DNA from: Callorhinchus milii
Taxonomy: Eukaryota
Length of the DNA: 64,000 bases
Assembly (NCBI RefSeq): GCF_018977255.1
Contig: NW_024704742.1
Location: forward strand, 22,880,001-22,944,000
Direction: 5' to 3'
Under the pieces are notes generated by a model that made no database searches, was not told where the DNA came from, and saw only the letters and a list, made by a program, of their open reading frames with translations. This document shows positions 1-14,375 of the stretch, in pieces. Position numbers and translations under genes: made by a program. The stretch's first letter is position 1. Each line of letters begins with the position of its first letter.

Positions 1-1749
1 TCAGGAAAAAAGAAAAATGCCTGCTGAAACTGTGTCAGGGCTGCTGGGCTGTTTCAACAGGGCACAGAGGAATAATCAGGACTGCATTGGGATATGAACT
101 TGGACAGGAAGTTGAAATGATGCCAGCTAATTCCAGAGGAGGCTATGACCCTTCCTCACAAGGCGAGGAGATGGAGGCTGGTCTTGCCACCTGACACAAC
201 CTAAAAACTCTGGACTTGCAACGTGGTGTACTTGAGTTCAATTCACCAACAGCATGAGTAAATCTGAAAGAATGTTTTAAGTGAAGCTGAGATCGAGACT
301 GGAATTTGTGCACATGTAATGGAATTGCCTAATTGTTCAGATGTAAATTCTGAATTTATGGTATAATTTGACAGTATCCAATTCCTCTTTTACTGCCAAA
401 ATCCCACTACGGCGATAAATAACAAGCCCTGGTGGATCTCAAGGGGTACATTTTTTTTTATTTGTGTTAATTTTGGATTCCTCTTCACCGTCCCATCTCT
501 TCTTTGCCAAGACCCAAGAAATTAAGCACCTGGGCTTGGAGGAAGAAAATGGGCCAACAAGTGAAACAAGTGATCACCAGAAACACACCCAGCACAACAC
601 TGTTTTTCACCCCTCAACACCAGTCAGATAACACAACGTCTGAAGCAAGTCTGCACAAATAGGGACCTACTTCAGCAAGGTTTTATCAGTGTACAGCAGC
701 ACAACTTTTATTGTTATCAAAAATGTTTTCACCAAGAAACTGAATCATGCCCATGTCACGCAAGGTTCAAGGACAGCTCCCACTTTTGTGAAAAAAACAT
801 TCATTCGTGATTAGAAATACGACAACTGATAACTTGCCTTTTATGGACCCAAGTCGACCACGTACAAGAATGCAACTGGCAGCTGTTGGTGTACATGTGG
901 TGCCAGTGGACTTACACTATATTAAACCCTTGTGTACATTTATTTTTGGCATCATTGTGCTGAAATGAAAAACGTTGCACACGTGAGTATCATTCATCTC
1001 CATGTGTGGCCTTGTTGCCAGTTGTACCAGAGGAAAATGTTAACCCCTGGTGGATACTCTCTATTTATCAGTAAGTTTAAAGGCCTTGGAATCCTTGCTT
1101 GTAAGGCGAATGTCACATGCACTCTGCCCCGGTCAGTAAAGTTACCAGCAAAAGGAGAATAAAACCGCTAACATCCGATTGTCCATCATGCTGACTGTCA
1201 ATAGAAATGTCTCACCGTACCTCAATACAATAATCAGAAATGTCAAAGTATCTTAATCCTGGTAATCTCCCTCCAAAATTATTGATATATTGAAATATCA
1301 TTATGATAGTTAATTCTTAAAGTACACCAAATTGTCCTGAGCACTGTTATTAATAATAGATATTTTCCATTTAATCTAACACAACTTGTAAGTTAAGGAC
1401 AGCACATCATCACACAATAAAATTTAGCTTAAGAAACAATGAAATCTTTAAGAATATTAAAACAAAGGTTTTAATAAAGCGTGTCGGTTCTGTACATTTC
1501 ATATTCTGCTTTGCAATACAGATCCATTTGCAGACACAATATGAAAGAAAAAATGATGTGCCTTCTAATGGATATCTCAGTAAGTACAGTACTCATGGTC
1601 AAAACTGGCACAGTAAATTGGCATTGCTCTAGTAAAGATGTTTGTGTTCGGTTCTGCAATTGTAAATTTAATTTCACGGGAGCACATATGGTGCGACATT
1701 CCTAAATGTAACTGTTAGTTTTTGGCAAATTCAGGGTTTCCCATTGCCA

Positions 1750-2720
1750 GTATAGTCAATGAGAAGGTAGCATCGCAATTGTCCTCAACAGTGGTTCAAC
1801 AAGCACAACAAGGAGATTATTGGCTGCTGTGTATGTCTGGAATATATCAACACCAGATTCAATGGGAAATGACACTGCCAACAATGCGAGAGGAGACGCT
1901 GAAGAAAGCACCTTGCGAAGGAAAACCAGATTTATCTTTTCCTCCCAAAGATTAATGCTGCAAGGAGAAAGGAAACCAATGGACAGCAAATGGACTCTCC
2001 TTCCAAACTTTCCTCAGACTTTAGAAGGAACCCATGGCATAAACAATGAGGTCATCGGTCATCTACAGTTCAATGGACTGGCCCCATTACATGGTTGTAT
2101 TGCCAGCCATCAATCAGCTCCCAGGCTGTATCTTTGATACATGCATCTTCCAAAGACGCAATGTCATGTGCTCAAAAGTCCTTCTATGATGGTAAAGTTC
2201 ATTTCTGGGGTATTCCATTTCCCCAAGGCAGACTGACTGATGTAGATGCCTCATGTGGCCATCGTGCCGCAAGTTCTTTCTCTTCCTCCCTGCGATATCT
2301 CCTGGCAAGTCTTAGACATCCTAGCAACTGGAGCCTCTGTCTCAACATCAGCACGAGAAAGGAATCGAGATAAGACATGTGATGTTGTGGGTCTTCGCCA
2401 GGTGACTAAACCAGGGATCCTGGGTTTGTAAGGGCCTTTCCAGGGCATAAGTGATCTGTGCTGCTTCAGCATTAGGTATTCCTTGTTTTTTTCAGCACTG
2501 TATTGGTCCCATTACACACTTGTAATGCCACACAGCTTTCAGTCAGCTCCCAGACTGTATCTTTAGACAGATGCGTCTTCCAAATGCATTGCTCCCCTCT
2601 GTCTTGTGCTCAGAAGTACTTCTCTGATGGTAAAGTCCATTTCTTGGGTATTTCATTCCCCCAGGCAGACTGACTGACGCAGAATGCTTCATGTGACCAT
2701 GACGCCTTAAGCTTTCTCTG
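1750..2720 (-). mobile_element. Highly decayed PIF/Harbinger transposase-like remnant with duplicated N-terminal segment
   Basis: Minus-strand fragments YPRNGLYHQR, EQCIWKTHLSKDTVWEL, LIVYAMGSF*, ESPFAVH and SGFPSQGA occur in the order of recalled HARBI1-family motifs (EQCxRRLRLSK, LNFYATGSFQ, ISQxxVH, GFPxVQG). Confidence 0.5.
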
Positions 2721-5700
2721 CTTTCCTTGTTGCAGCTCTGGCTCCTCTTGTACTGAATTCCAAGAATAATTGTATATACGGCTTCTTGATATGTGCTGCT
2801 CAAAATGACGTAACTTGGTAAATGAGCAGATGACCTATATACTCCGTGGCAATTCACTGGCGAGACAATTGATTTGGCGCTAAGATTGAGGCCAAAACCA
2901 AAATCAAATTCAGAGGAATTTGATGTGTGCAGCTGTGACACTATCTACACAACTTTACCCTATTGAGGATCGTAAAATACACCACATGTTGACAGACGGC
3001 CTCCTCGTCAACAATTCAGTTCAATTTTTCACAAATTAAGGCATTTTCAAACATTTGAAGGTTTGTATTTTTCTAGCGCTTTGCCTACAGTGCTTTTTCC
3101 AAGCCAAGAAAAATGGAAACTTCTATTATTGTACTTTGTATTGGAGACACAACCAACTTAAAATGTGATTCATATGCTTCTACTCATCTCCTAGATGTAT
3201 ATATTTTTAATTATATTATTATTATTTTCAAACATTTTCTTGATGCACTGAGGTCTGGATGTGGGTTTTGCTAAGGTTTCCAGTCCGTTGCTTTGAATCC
3301 CCTTCAGTTATATCCTGAATTCAATTAAGGTGTTATTAGATCACAATTTAATAGGTTTCCACTTTGCATTACCACTCATGTTTGATGAAGTGTTAATTTG
3401 TAAAATTACAACCTTGGTATCAGGTTTCACTACATCTGGTTTCAGTCACTGGACCCGAACAAGGTGATTAGTGTGTCCTTATATTGTAAACCAGTACTGC
3501 GTTTTTGGGTCAGGATTTTTGCCAAAATCTTGATTGCGTAGAAGGCAATACTGCTGCTTCATATCATTACAGATATGAACAAAAACGCAATAAAATTTAA
3601 ATAATGTATAGGAATCTAGGGCAGACTAGTTACCCAGCAACCATGCTCTCTCTGAAAAATGTCTGAAATAAAGATCATCATGCATCGTGACACTAACACC
3701 GAATGGTGGATGGCAAGTGCTTCCCCAAAAGGCGAGTCAACCATGAAGTGCTGTAGAACATCTCCCAGTAGCTTGTAATAAAACAGCAATTGTAAAGGTT
3801 TTGCCCATCCTCTTGGGCAAGGAAATAATGTATGCATGATTCTAAATTGTAATGGGCAGGGGGAGGGAGCAGAAGGTAGGATAACTAAACTAAACAGCAT
3901 GTACCTAGGATGTTTATTATTGCAAGAAGTCTTCAAATGTTTTTGTTCTTTCCTCCCTCAATCGATCTCATCTTCCTCAAGACACAATCATTCCGCAGCC
4001 AAACAGCAAGAACAGACCTACACTGAGGCACTCACCAGATATATATATATATACACAAGGCATATCACAACTCGATGATGACTGCTAATCCTCACTCTGG
4101 GTGCACCTGCTCTTATTGCAATTGAGATCAGGAACTCAAAGAAGGAAATGTACAGCACTGTTCTTGAGTGAAACTGAAAGTCAAGTTTAAAGTTGGGAGA
4201 GGAATCGATAGATAATCTTTCAGAGATAACCTTTTGTTAATAGTTCTCACCTCACATTTCCCACGTCCCCACCTGAAGGAGTTTGGCTCCTTTTTTTCCT
4301 TCCAATGGGGTATGGTCACCATCCGCTATCTAGTACCTTATCCAAGTGTACCTCATTGATTTGTGCATCTCAACATTGAGTTTCATCAGGCTCTTTGAGT
4401 GTGGGTGCAACACAGCCAAGCCTTATCTTGTCCATATCCAATATCCACACATGGGCACACTCTAACAAGCGTTGCTAGATTGCAGTCAGTAGCAAGCATT
4501 TGTGATGCTTTTTCCCTCCCCAACCAAGGTCCGCTGAGGTCAATTATAGTAATCCAGCTGTGGGGTTGCCTGAGATCATCTAACTCAGCAAATAGTGCAA
4601 TTTCAAAATGCAATCTTCCAGTCTGTAGTGCTCCTTTTATACTTCTACTCATAGAGTGACAGATTGATATCATTTGGAGTTGGAATGGATTCAATTATTC
4701 CTGCGAGTGGACAGGCCTAGCATTAACACGGTGACTGAAGCATGTTAAATGCAAGCAGACAGAACTGCAGTCTATTTTTTCAAAATCTTTGTGATGTCAT
4801 GACACCCAAAGGCGATGGGAAGGGGAGTAAAAAGATGGCTCGCTTTGATAAGGCATCGGTTGTATAATATTGAACTGATGGGTCACTGAACATCAATTTG
4901 AGTCTCAACTCACATCTGGAGGTGGTTTTCCGCACATGCCTGAAACCCAAATCCATGTCGGATTGCGTGTCAGAAAGCACATTCATACCACAAAAGGGGA
5001 TTCAAAATAATTAAGAGCTGTTATCAGAGCTCAAGGCAGGATTAAAGCAATAAGTATAACCTTGCTGCTCAAAATTTTAAAACTGATTTAACTCTACTGC
5101 TGGAAAAAAAAGTCACCTTCTATACAGTTCCAAGTCTATTGCAAACATCACTGTCCAAATGGGCCAGAATCTTTTGAATCTGTATATCTCTGGGTTTTTG
5201 CGATAACGATCCCAATCAATAATCCAGCATTTATGTAGTGATCAGTCAGTGAAGATCACTCTGAATTGAAGGTCATCTTTTTTAATATGATTTTACACCA
5301 AGCTACATGCACTAACTCCATGTCCTTACATAGCCTTTGCTAAAGGTTTATAATCAGAGAACTGATGCATAAATTCTGCGAACCAATAAATGAAGCAGAA
5401 GATGGAACTTTTCTGCCAACTGAGCAATTACAGTACTCCCGCTGGAATTGTTTAACACTGTAACCAAGGCTGCGCTGGAATAATGTTCAGGAGCTGCTCT
5501 ACTCAAGATCTCATTTGATTTTTTAATTTAAAATTTTCCATTTTTAATTGTCACTGGGTTAAAAACATGCTATGCATTTCAAAGCATCCCTTCAAAGAGC
5601 AACTCTAACAGATAACCTTAAATGCATGACACCAAACACCAAACCACAGGAATCCCACTCCAACATTCTCACCTGCATGACCCAGTTCTTGTAACCTAGA

Positions 5701-6540
5701 AGAGCAACTGTTGGGAGACTCCTTGATAGAAATACAGTATTAAAACAGTTTTGAAACCTGTTTGGTTTGCCATTCACTGTACAATACATGTTTTCTGCAC
5801 ATGAGGTACAGTGCTGTGCAGTACTGTATATGGAAAGAATGGGCTACAATAGCTTTAATATGCATGCATTAAAGATGGTACAGAAACCTTGCTTTATAAT
5901 GTCACCAACCAGATCAGGTTTTGTGTATTTGTTTTCCAAAATTGCATTTGTATAGCACCTTTCACATCGGGAGAACATCCTGTGTAAGTCATATGTGTAA
6001 GTCATAGAAAATCCTACTTATACCTAACTTTACATAAGTTGTATATACTACAACTTATGCAAGTTTGATATAACCAATACTTTGCATAAATCATATTAAA
6101 TGCATGTTCCCAACTGATACGACGTATGTGAGGTTTACTTGTATTGGATTTCAATGACACTCTTGAGTTACATATTTTGTGGGATTGTTACCATCAAGAG
6201 TATCAAACCATTCACATACTGCATAAAACATATTATCTGGAGAAGCCAGAAAGGATCTGTAAATACACGAGAGCTGAGGTTCCCCTCCACTTAACATTTC
6301 TTGTTCAGATTTACATATTATACTTGGAGCCTGCACTTTCTTTTTACTCCAGCAGTAATTTGGCAAAAACAAGTTTGAACTTGTCCTTAAAAATATGTGC
6401 CATGCTACTGAAATAGAAAGCAACATTGGATGGTAACATTGGATGGTATAACTGGGCTATGGTGATGCTCTCCAGTTACTGTATATCCAATGTATGTTAG
6501 CGACATCTAATGACAGGAAACTCGTACTGATACTGGATCT

Positions 6541-6858
6541 GTGGAGTCCTGTAGCTCAGTGGTTAGAGCACTCGCTTTGCAAGTGAGAGACCTGAGTTCA
6601 ATCCCAGGCAGGTCAGGGCGAAACCTTGGGCAAGTTTCCTTACTCCACACAGAGCCTAATAATAATCCCTCCAAAAAAATACAAAACAATAATAAAATTG
6701 GTCATTTTCAATCCATATGACATTGCTGTGCGCAATTGGCTGCCGCATTCGCCCACAAATATACAGTCAATTCATTTTACAATGTGTTCTGTGAAGCGCT
6801 TTGGGACGTCCTCCCGACTTGAAAAGCGCTATATCAAATGCAAGGATTATTATTATTA
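6541..6858 (+). mobile_element. Full-length young tRNA-derived SINE (Deu-like core, L2-like 3' tail, (ATT)n end)
   Basis: A-box TAGCTCAGTGG; B-box GAGTTCAATCC; anticodon-like arm CTCGC-TTTGCAA-GTGAG; core ACATTGCTGTGCGCAATTGGCTGCC; near-identical to copies at 18.1, 32.5, 37.5 and 55.9 kb. Confidence 0.93.
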
Positions 6859-7068
6859 TATTCTAACCTTGCTGAAGAACTAAAATGTCTGCATCGACAG
6901 ATATGAATACTCCAGCCAAAACGCTGAAATATGTGCAGACGTAGTTCTAGAAGACAGACTGACCTAGGAAATACTTGTACCTAATAATATAGTCTCTAGG
7001 CTTTGTGGGGTCATGTACACAACAACAACAAAATTACACTTATAGCGTGCCTTTCACGTCGGGAGGAC

Positions 7069-7410
7069 TGCAGGTCAGTGTTTAGAGTGCTTGCCTCGCA
7101 AGCAAGAGACCTGGGTTTGATTCCCGGCAGGGCGAAGTTTCCTTACTCCACACACCTCTATTTACCTAGGAGCAAGTATGAACCTGGTTAACCGTCAGTT
7201 AATTGGCAAATTGTTTTTCCAAGGACAATAATACTTAAAAAAAAAATTCGGTCACTCTATCCACGACTGTTTGTGGGACACTGCTGTGCACAATTAGCTG
7301 CTGTGCTTTGCCCACAAATATACAGTAAATTCACTTTACAGTATATTCTGTGAAGTGCTTTGAGATGTGGAAAGCGTTATATCAAATGCAAGGATTATTA
7401 TTATATTATT
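7069..7410 (+). mobile_element. tRNA SINE, longer/older subfamily with extra internal segment
   Basis: Same head, core and tail as the young family plus an extra segment after CCTTACTCCACAC, shared with copies at 28.5 and 54.8 kb. Confidence 0.85.
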
Positions 7411-7414
7411 ATAT

Positions 7415-7757
7415 AGGCTGACACTCCAATGCAGTACTGGCAGAGTGCTGCATTGTTGGAAGTGTGGTCCTTCTGATGAGATGTTAAATTCACGTGCTGC
7501 CTGCCTGTATAGGTGGAGATTAAAGATCCCATGGCACTATTTCGAAAAGTGAAGGGAGTTTTTTCTCCCAGTGTCCCGGGCAACAATCCCCCAAATAAAA
7601 TTGACCATTCATTTCATGTTGTTTGAGGGACATTGCCGTCTGCAAATTGGCTGGCACATTTGCCTACAAAGTGAACATTTTACAACATATCCTGTGAAAT
7701 GCTATGTGACATATGTGACATATGTGAAAGGCACTTTACCAAATGTAAGGATTATGC
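7415..7757 (+). mobile_element. Old DeuSINE (SacSINE1/AmnSINE-like) remnant
   Basis: GGCTGACACTCCAATGCAGTACTG...AAAGATCCCATGGCACTATTTCGAA...GGGAGTT...GCAAATTGGCTG matches the Deu-domain motif order as I recall it; several diverged copies in the window. Confidence 0.75.
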
Positions 7758-10700
7758 AATTGACTGGAAATTTCCAGTTTTCCCCATTTACATTGTTTCC
7801 CGCAATTATATCTTCACACCAGCTTCATGACGGTCTGATAAATAATGATTTAGGATAAAAGCCAGGTTTGTGAATTTGAATCATGCACACCTGGAACCTA
7901 TGACTGGCCATGCAATTTATATAACCGTCAGAATTGAAACTCTTTGATTGGAATTAACTAAACATCGCCTTAAAATAATTTACAAAATATTCAACGACAC
8001 AACATAAAATGAATATTGCCTTTGATATGATGATATTGGCATGAATGTGGTGGCTATGAGTCAAATGGTAACCATACAAGTCGGTCCTTGTCTGGCAAGG
8101 ACCAGCCTACACATGAGAATTGTGGAGTAGAGTGGAGGACACATTGATGCCTTTCAGCCTCACTAATCAGACAACAGGTTGGTCATATCTCCTCTGAACA
8201 AGTTCAGCCCCAAGGAGATAGTGCAGTAAATACTCTTTATCTTTTTACTGGTGGCTATTGTCTTGGTTGGGCATTACCGTAAAGAAAATCCTCTCGCACA
8301 AGTCCCCACACAACTTTTCACTGCCTCCTCTCAGCATTTTTGTTACTTATGATAGCTGCAATGTGTGTGCAAAGTGCTACATTGTGCAGATGCTCAACAC
8401 ACACCACTGGTGGTTGTGTCATTATGACCAGAGACAATGACTGAAGTAGGTCTTTCATCAGGACATACTGGGCTTTTGCTCTGCATTTAGTTCATCCTAC
8501 ACCTGAGCTCCAAGTGCTTAATGCCAGTATTTTGCGTTTCCCAATATTGTTTTAGCTTGTTTAACGCAACATTCATTAAAAATATAAAAACGCAGAGTTA
8601 GGTGGAAACTGAGGAATACATGAAAAGCTCCTGAGTGATGACTCATAACTATTCATGCTTCAGAAATTACTGAGATCCACAATGTGTACCTTGTTTCTGT
8701 CACAATGTTGTGTCAGGAAAAGCAATTGAGCTGTGTATGTTTTACTTCTTAACTAAATACTTCTGTACTCTTCTGGAAATCTGTTGGTGACAGAAGATTT
8801 GTGTTTTTTTATAACAAATGAAAATTATGGAGGGGAAAGGGACTATGAGTTACAAGCAAGGCAACGTTTTTTCCTTCTGCAAGAAAGATAATATCACCAT
8901 TAACAATGGGAGGGAACGTACTACAAATGTCTGTTGAAGCCGAGTCCCTTTTAAGAAGTACGGAAAATCTGCTTCCAAATTAAGACTGGATATCAGAATT
9001 TTCCAAAATTCTACACAATCTTAAAATTTAATACAATGATCCTAAGGTTAAGATCATGAGAATTTTAGGGCCTCTAATTGTTTTGTTTATTAACAAGTTT
9101 TTTCTACATTCTCCCCACAGACATTCAGACACTTCCAATTACTCATGGCAAAAGTAGCAAGAATACCAATGGTAAGCCTTGATAAGGGGTGGGTTGGGTG
9201 GGGAGCCATTTAAACTTACGGCTCAAAGTAAAAGTAGTAGTATGTTAAGATAATTTGAGTCAAAGAAAAAATAAAAGACGAAAAGAAAGGAAGTGTGAAC
9301 ACCCACAGATTCATACTGATTGAGCATTGGTGGGGCAGCAAACATGGCATTTACTGAAAGGATTAGCTTTATACAGTATTTTGAAAAACACCAGTAAATG
9401 TGACATTGGGATTCCCGATTATCAACAAGAAACAAATCAGACCCCATTGTCAACCCTGATAAGTTCCACATAGCAATATTTGACAACACGTATGTTCAAA
9501 TTGGGATCTAACAGACCTTTGGGAAGAAATTTCCACCTGGGTCTATTTATGCAGCATTTCAGAAATCCAGAATTTGGCAAATTCTTAAATATCTGAATTT
9601 TCAAGCCAGTTTTCTGAAAGTTCTTTTAAGAAACTGCATATTGTTTTAAAACATGAAAGCTTTGGAACTGGATGATGAAGTGGTTTAGAAAAAGCACCTT
9701 TATAACTCTAGATCACTGGTACGAATTCAATCCAGACTAGAATTCAACCCAGCCTGTTTCACTGTACACAAGATGAATCTGAATAATTATCAATTCAGTG
9801 TTAAATCTTGGCACAGAAAATGACTAACTCGGAAAATGCTAAATTGCTAAAACGTACGTTGGGTGGAGGATGCTTTTGTATTGTTGGGGTTGAGGCATGC
9901 TGCTGTTATCACAACGTTTACTCTGCTTCTAAGCTGTGCTATACCTGGCTGCGGAGTACTTGAGGCTGAAACCAGGCATTAAAGAGGAAAAACGTTCCAA
10001 TGATAAGCACAGATGGCACTCACTTTATGATAGCAACAATCCTCAAATGTTGTACCATTGCTTTTCTTGATGTGGTGAGCGGTGTGATCAAATATGTATT
10101 TTATCTGATGCTGCGATCTCTCGTATGCTGCTAAATAGATGAGGAAATGATCATTTATGTTGTATTCTGATATCAGCACAGGTGCTGCTGTTTGTAGTGG
10201 AGTAATGGCAGGAAGAAGTAGACACCCCACCCCAATGATACCAAGGAGGTTCCTGATACGAGCCATGTCTGACTAGACCTGAAAGTCTACAAGATCTATA
10301 AAGATAAACGAAGGGGAACAGTAAAAACTCAGCACTTCTACTCCTTCTAAGAAACGTTTTCAGTCTCTACAGGTCAGTGAATAACCACATGCGAAAGACT
10401 TGCAAAGAGAAAATCCCAAAATGCAATTCCCAAATTGAAACTGCATTACCCTGGTAGCCTTCTCACATCTTCTGGACTATTTGTCAGCAGTGGTTCACTA
10501 AAGTTTTGCACCACCACAAATGGGGAATGGCAAACAAAGTGGTCTGCTTTTCTGTGGCATTGCCAAATATAATAATTTGATCGTACTTTTCTGTGCTGAC
10601 TTTACTTAACAGTATTTCAAATATAAACAGAGTTTGTCCAGAACGTATTACTAAAATACCTGATATCCAGTTACAAACCTAATGACTGTGCATGTAAAAC

Positions 10701-13700
10701 AACCGTTTAAAATCCCCAGACTCTCAAAGAAAAAGGGGCTGTCAAATACGATGCGATAATGATAATGATTGTGCTCCACAGGTACAAAATTCTACCTAGC
10801 TTCTGCCTGTAAGACCATTTTGTCTTAACAAGTGTAAGATTGCTCAGAATCATGGACTATTCTTAAACTCTGCCTTGATTCAAAAAAACTGGATGCCAAA
10901 TTAAAACTGAATTTAAGAATATTCCATAGTTCTGTGCAATTTTAAATTTTACGGTGAAATGGTTCTCTTCACCAAGCATGTTCTTTTACAACTGTGCTCA
11001 CCAGCATTTGCAGAACTGCCCCAATGAAGGCAGTGCTTTGGTTTGCTGCTTCTGAGCTATTCACACACCACAGCTTTTCAGGGCTTAGAAGCACTTGACT
11101 CCCAATAATAAAATGCCAGAGGATCAAGCCGTGGAGTGCAAAATGACAATATGCAATAGCCCAACAGCAGCAAAGCACAGCTTGCTTCATTGGGACGGTT
11201 CTGCGAGGGCTGGTGAACAAGGTTATGAAGAGATGAGAGAACATACAGGGCCACACTCAAACATGCAAATGTCTCAAACATTGCAATAGAACACATCAAT
11301 TGACTGGCTCAAGGTTACCTCTTTCACTTAAGAGAAAGAGGCCCAGACGCTAAGGTCTGTGAGAAGTTAAAGTGAAGATTAACAGAGTCATATAAGTGAC
11401 ACTTGCACATGCCATAATGGGATAGCAAATCTACTGCAGGAAGCAATTTCCTTCAGTCAAATTATCTTATCTCTCCAACCGCTCCTCTCCCCTTCTCTTA
11501 TATTTAAAGGCAAAGCTCTGACAAAACGGGAAGGCAAAGCATGCAGCATGGAGTTTAAACCCAGATCTGAAAACCATATGAAAAAATAGCAATGAGTCAT
11601 TAGCAACAAATTGCATTTATAAAGCACCCTTCAAGTAGGATAACTTCTTGGCGCGCTGAAAAGGGTTTGAGCGCTGAAATTCAGAAAAGGTTGAGGCTGA
11701 AGAAACTCAAATACCACTCAGAAGTCATGATTAATAATTTATCGTGCACAAATTCTATGATTTGCACAATATGTCACATCAAGATTGATTGTGCCTAATA
11801 CTGTAGGACATGTCATGACTGAATGGGTGAAGCGTGTTTATCTAATCATAACATACCATCTGCTCTCTTCACAGATCAAGGAGAAACAAGTATCAACTGC
11901 ACCCGAGCAGAGCCAAACACCTGAGCACCAGCCACCACCACCTCCACTCGGAGCAGGCAACACCGCAGATACACGCACTGCAGGAGATGATGGGTACCGC
12001 TGTTTCCAGGTTCCTAATCGTAAACAACAACAACAACTTGCATCTATATAGTGCCCCTCAGACAAGGTGGCGTCCCAGAGCACGCAAAACACTCAACTTT
12101 CTGCGTGCCTCAGGAGTTGCACTTGATCTTTATAAAGTATCTCAACAACTTCAATCAGTCTCTTTTCCACCTTTCCGCAAGCATTTCTAACTCTTATTTT
12201 TTGAGGTGTAGGAGTCCTCGGTAAACGGACAGTAACCTGCTGCCGGTTTCTACCACATTCTACCTGTCCGCATACATTTGCAAAGAGAATACATTCACTA
12301 CACTTTACAGTAAATCCTGTGAAGTGCTCTAAGATGTCCACCCAAAGTAAAAGACACTATATCAAATGCAAGGAGTATTTACTTTTATTTATTATTATTT
12401 ATTTCCAATAACTCTTCGAGAGCAGAGGAATGTTGATCTCCTTTGTGTTTCTAAAGCAATCCATTTGGAGAGCTTTGAATCCGAATGGTCGAGCTCCAGA
12501 TCAAAGCAGAGTGAGGCTCTTTTATACACTGCCAGACACTAATTCTGAGAGGTAATTCCCAAACATCAGAGCAAGCAAACTGTGTCGCAGAATCAATACT
12601 GGTAGAATTCCAAAGCACTGCATCTATAGAAATTACAATCTAAAACTAAAAAAAAGGCTTTCAAGCCAGTTGCATTAAAAATTCAGTGCTTCTTAAGGCA
12701 TGTAATTTTATTTTGAATTTTAAAAAAGACATTAATTTAAGAAACATTGTGGCTTTAAATAGCCTCTCTCAGAGCATCTAGCAGCCAAAAGTTTTAACAT
12801 TTGTCAGAAGTTCAACCAAAGTACTACAATGATGACAGACAGAATGCTGACATTTTAAGAAGTGAAATTCTACAAATCAAAGGATTTTATTCTCAAAAAG
12901 TCCCTGATATCCATTGTCCTGGAATCTGAACACCAAATCATCGGGGATCCAGAATCCAAATGCAATCCCCTTGTAATGTGATTTGTAATAAAAAAACATG
13001 TAATGTCGTGTGCGGATGTGAAACAGTGCATGTAATAAGCCTGACTCTCTCAGCCAAGGCTGCAACTAACACAAGCAACAAATGCAGGCATTTGCTCTAA
13101 ACTCTACAGAACTCAGCATTTAGTATTTTGGGTGAAATCTCAATTATTGAATATAGATATCCAACGTAAAGAGCCTGCAGCTAATACATCAGCTTGATTT
13201 AGTAATACTGTACTTAATACAGTAGCATAACCTCCTGATAACATCTTGCCAAATGCGTTATTTTTGTATCTTCAACAGATCAGAAATCAAACTATGGGAA
13301 CATAATGGAGGTAAATGTGCATCATATTAATGCAACACGTTGCACTTGGCAATTATAGATGTTATGACAGAATGACAAATATGCTAAACTGTCAAATCCA
13401 CGATAATTGCATCATCTATTTCTTTCAAACCGCTACAGTAATCCTGAAACACTGTGATTATAATAGATTAATCTAAGGTCACGACATCTAGAATCCTATC
13501 TGAACTCCTAGGATTTGCTTTCCTTGAACACAAGGATTTCAATTTGCTGGTTTATCCTATTTTAAACATAAAAATGAGAAACTATTATAGGAATAAAGGA
13601 AATTAATTTGCAGCATTACCACAATAATTCTTCTGGTTTACATCTGCATGACAGTCATGTATTATCCCAAGTGAAGAGAGTTATGAGATTATACTCTGGT

Positions 13701-14375
13701 TTTAATGAAATTTGACACCAAAACTTTGAGAACAAACCAACAGGACCCAAAATCAGAAGTACTGTCCAACCTGAAATTGGCAGTATGTGCTCAGCTTGTT
13801 TTGCATCACCAAATAGAATTACCCAAGGGCTTTTTGCATGGTTGAGCCACTTCAACACAAGCAAAAAGAAGGCACAAGGCATTATGTAATGTATTCAGCA
13901 GATTCCCTTCTTCCCTCACCACCTTTATATAGTTGAATGCTGTCCTGTGAACACATGCTAAGCAGAGGTGCGAGATTCTGGCCCCCTACCAGATCATCAC
14001 ATAATCAGATCCCTCTCAGTTCAGGCTCCTGTGTGAAGCACTTTGAGATGCTCTCCTGATGTGAAAGGTGCTTAGATAAACTATTGTTGTTGCCCGCGTC
14101 ACTTCACAAAGGAAGTGATGTCAGTGGCACGTCTTACACATAGCGCACAGGGAGTGATGTGGGTAGCAGTTCCGACTGCAGCGAGTAATGTCAAAGCTGA
14201 ACTGATGACGCAGAGGTCAGCCATTTTATATCAGTTTGCATGCAACGTTGGTCTCAGAAAGCATGCTACAACAAGGTTCCCCCATACATGATGCGGCCTC
14301 TTTAACCTAATATTCCATATTCCTATTGGATGATGATTGAGAATTTTGCCTAATGTTACAAATATGGGACTTTGC

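Noticed and set aside
6541..6612. Possible tRNA-Ala(TGC) genes here and at 18.4, 32.5, 39.0 and 56.2 kb
   Set aside because: Acceptor stem does not close properly and the sequences continue into, or match, SINE heads.
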